28,214 nucleotides of DNA from a virus (lineage: Duplodnaviria > Heunggongvirae > Uroviricota > Caudoviricetes), in the IMG/VR virus record IMGVR_UViG_2657244961_000001; one strand, 5' to 3'. Of the stretch, positions 27,182 to 28,214 are shown one piece after another. Below the pieces are notes generated by a model. It did not search any database. It saw only the letters and a list, made by a program, of their open reading frames with translations, and was not told the DNA's origin. Position 1 is the first letter of the stretch; each line of letters starts with the position of its first letter. Position numbers and translations under genes: made by a program.

Positions 27182-28081
27182 TTAAATACTTCCCGCGTTA
27201 TACCAAGTGCCATTGATACAATACTGCACAGGTCTTGCCTGAGTTGTATCAATAAGTTCGTCCTTATTTGAGTTGATTGAGGCAGTAACAACATAACCAG
27301 ATTTATCGTTCCAACCAGGACCATTCCATGTTTGCACTGACGATTTTGTACCTAATCGAATACCTGTAATAAATCGTGAATTACATTCTGCTTTGGTATA
27401 TGCACCAACATCTCCCGCTGATGGCTTACGTGTTGTAGTGTAAAATTCCGACCAGTCGGCTTCAAAGCCATAACCGTCACGCGCAGAACGATAATAAATA
27501 CCGCCGTTCTTATAATTCACGCGGAACTGAACAGCCGGACAACTACCAGCTCCCATATAAAAATGAAGAATTAACGTAGATGCTCCACCAATATTTGCGT
27601 TATAAACCCCGCTAATTGAGTTCCATCCAACAGCTTTGTCATTTCCAACTGTGCTTCCTGTCTGCCCTAAAGCAAATGCAGGTTGTTGATTTTTCGTGTT
27701 GTAGTCTCGTCGCCAGCCAGGAGCGTAAGCATCACCATGATTGATATAAGTGAATTGAGCGTTAGTAATTCCGCCACCGCTGGACGTGCTCGGCGTGGTA
27801 ACGCGTATGGTCATTGCGCCGCGAGTGCCAATAACTTCCACCACAGCACCTGCAAGACAAATATTCCCGCAACCTGTATCTGTAATGACCTTATTATTTG
27901 TATAAGCCCATGAGCCTTTGCACATCCAGTAAGGATGGTTAAATGCTCCCTGACTCTCCAGCCACGAAATAAATTGCGCGGTTGTCCAGACCTGACTATC
28001 GCCACCAATATTCAGCCATGCGCTATATGCGCGGCAGGGGCACTGTTGCAAAGTTAGCGATGAGGCAGCCTTTTGTCTTAT
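27182..28081 (-). CDS. alternative tail fibre C-terminal cassette S' (open frame with no ATG or ribosome-binding site of its own)
   Basis: Frame open on - strand from 28081 to the stop at 27182-27184; C-terminus ...[33 protein letters not shown] parallels S ...[33 protein letters not shown]; the track's start at 28051 is a TTG. Confidence 0.6.
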   Translation of the reverse strand: MRQKAASSLTLQQCPCRAYSAWLNIGGDSQVWTTAQFISWLESQGAFNHPYWMCKGSWAYTNNKVITDTGCGNICLAGAVVEVIGTRGAMTIRVTTPSTSSGGGITNAQFTYINHGDAYAPGWRRDYNTKNQQPAFALGQTGSTVGNDKAVGWNSISGVYNANIGGASTLILHFYMGAGSCPAVQFRVNYKNGGIYYRSARDGYGFEADWSEFYTTTRKPSAGDVGAYTKAECNSRFITGIRLGTKSSVQTWNGPGWNDKSGYVVTASINSNKDELIDTTQARPVQYCINGTWYNAGSI

Positions 28082-28090
28082 TCAAAGGCC

Positions 28091-28213
28091 TTACATTTCA
28101 AAAACTCTGCTTACCAGGCGCATTTCGCCCAGGGGATCACCATAATAAAATGCTGAGGCCTGGCCTTTGCGTAGTGCACGCATCACCTCAATACCTTTGA
28201 TGGTGGCGTAAGC
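28091..28213 (-). CDS. 3' end of an unidentified leftward ORF (partial; runs off the window)
   Basis: Minus-strand frame open from the window edge to TAA at 28091-28093; translation ...AYATIKGIEVMRALRKGQASAFYYGDPLGEMRLVSRVFEM; same frame as S', separated from it by TAA and TGA. Confidence 0.2.
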   Translation of the reverse strand, partial: AYATIKGIEVMRALRKGQASAFYYGDPLGEMRLVSRVFEM

Positions 28214-28214
28214 C

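Larger units (their letters stand above)
1..28214 (+). mobile_element. Mu-like transposable prophage, internal portion (end of early region, middle operon, lysis, head, tail, tail-fibre module); neither prophage end is in the window
   Basis: Gene order GemA-like, Mor-like, C-like, SAR endolysin, terminase, portal, F/G-like, I-like, major capsid, sheath, tube, tape measure, baseplate, S/U then inverted U'/S' matches phage Mu as I recall it; almost all genes on + strand with ATGA/TAATG stop-start overlaps. Confidence 0.85.

Noticed and set aside
1-28214. CRISPR arrays, tRNA/rRNA genes, integrase, transposase, reverse transcriptase or diversity-generating retroelement
   Set aside because: No short direct-repeat/spacer array, no tRNA-like or rRNA-like sequence and no ORF with recombinase, transposase or reverse-transcriptase character was seen; the Mu A/B transposase would lie upstream of the window

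Overview
This window reads as an internal ~28 kb stretch of a Mu-like transposable prophage, colinear with bacteriophage Mu from the end of the early region to the tail-fibre module. Calls rest on reading the six-frame translations by eye, recognising Mu protein families from memory, and checking start codons, Shine-Dalgarno sequences and hairpins directly in the sequence; no database search was run. Gene order on the + strand: small early ORFs, GemA-like, Mor-like, three small middle-operon ORFs, C-like late activator, SAR endolysin, overlapping spanin pair, gp25-like membrane protein, small and large terminase, portal, F-like and G-like morphogenesis proteins, I-like protease/scaffold, major capsid, sheath, tube, tape measure, DNA-circularisation protein, baseplate proteins, tail fibre S and assembly protein U. 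A second assembly-protein/fibre cassette (U', S') lies inverted on the - strand, as in the Mu G segment. No tRNA, rRNA, CRISPR array, integrase or transposase gene was seen; the Mu A/B transposase and the prophage ends would lie outside the window. The most notable observations are: (1) a canonical gix-like crossover site inside S with no intact partner and no invertase gene in the window; (2) a Shine-Dalgarno-led opposite-strand ORF in an otherwise gene-free gap of the early operon; (3) a perfect 10-bp motif shared by the intergenic regions upstream of the lysis and head-maturation genes. I did not find a clearly novel system; everything else looks like an ordinary Mu-like late region.
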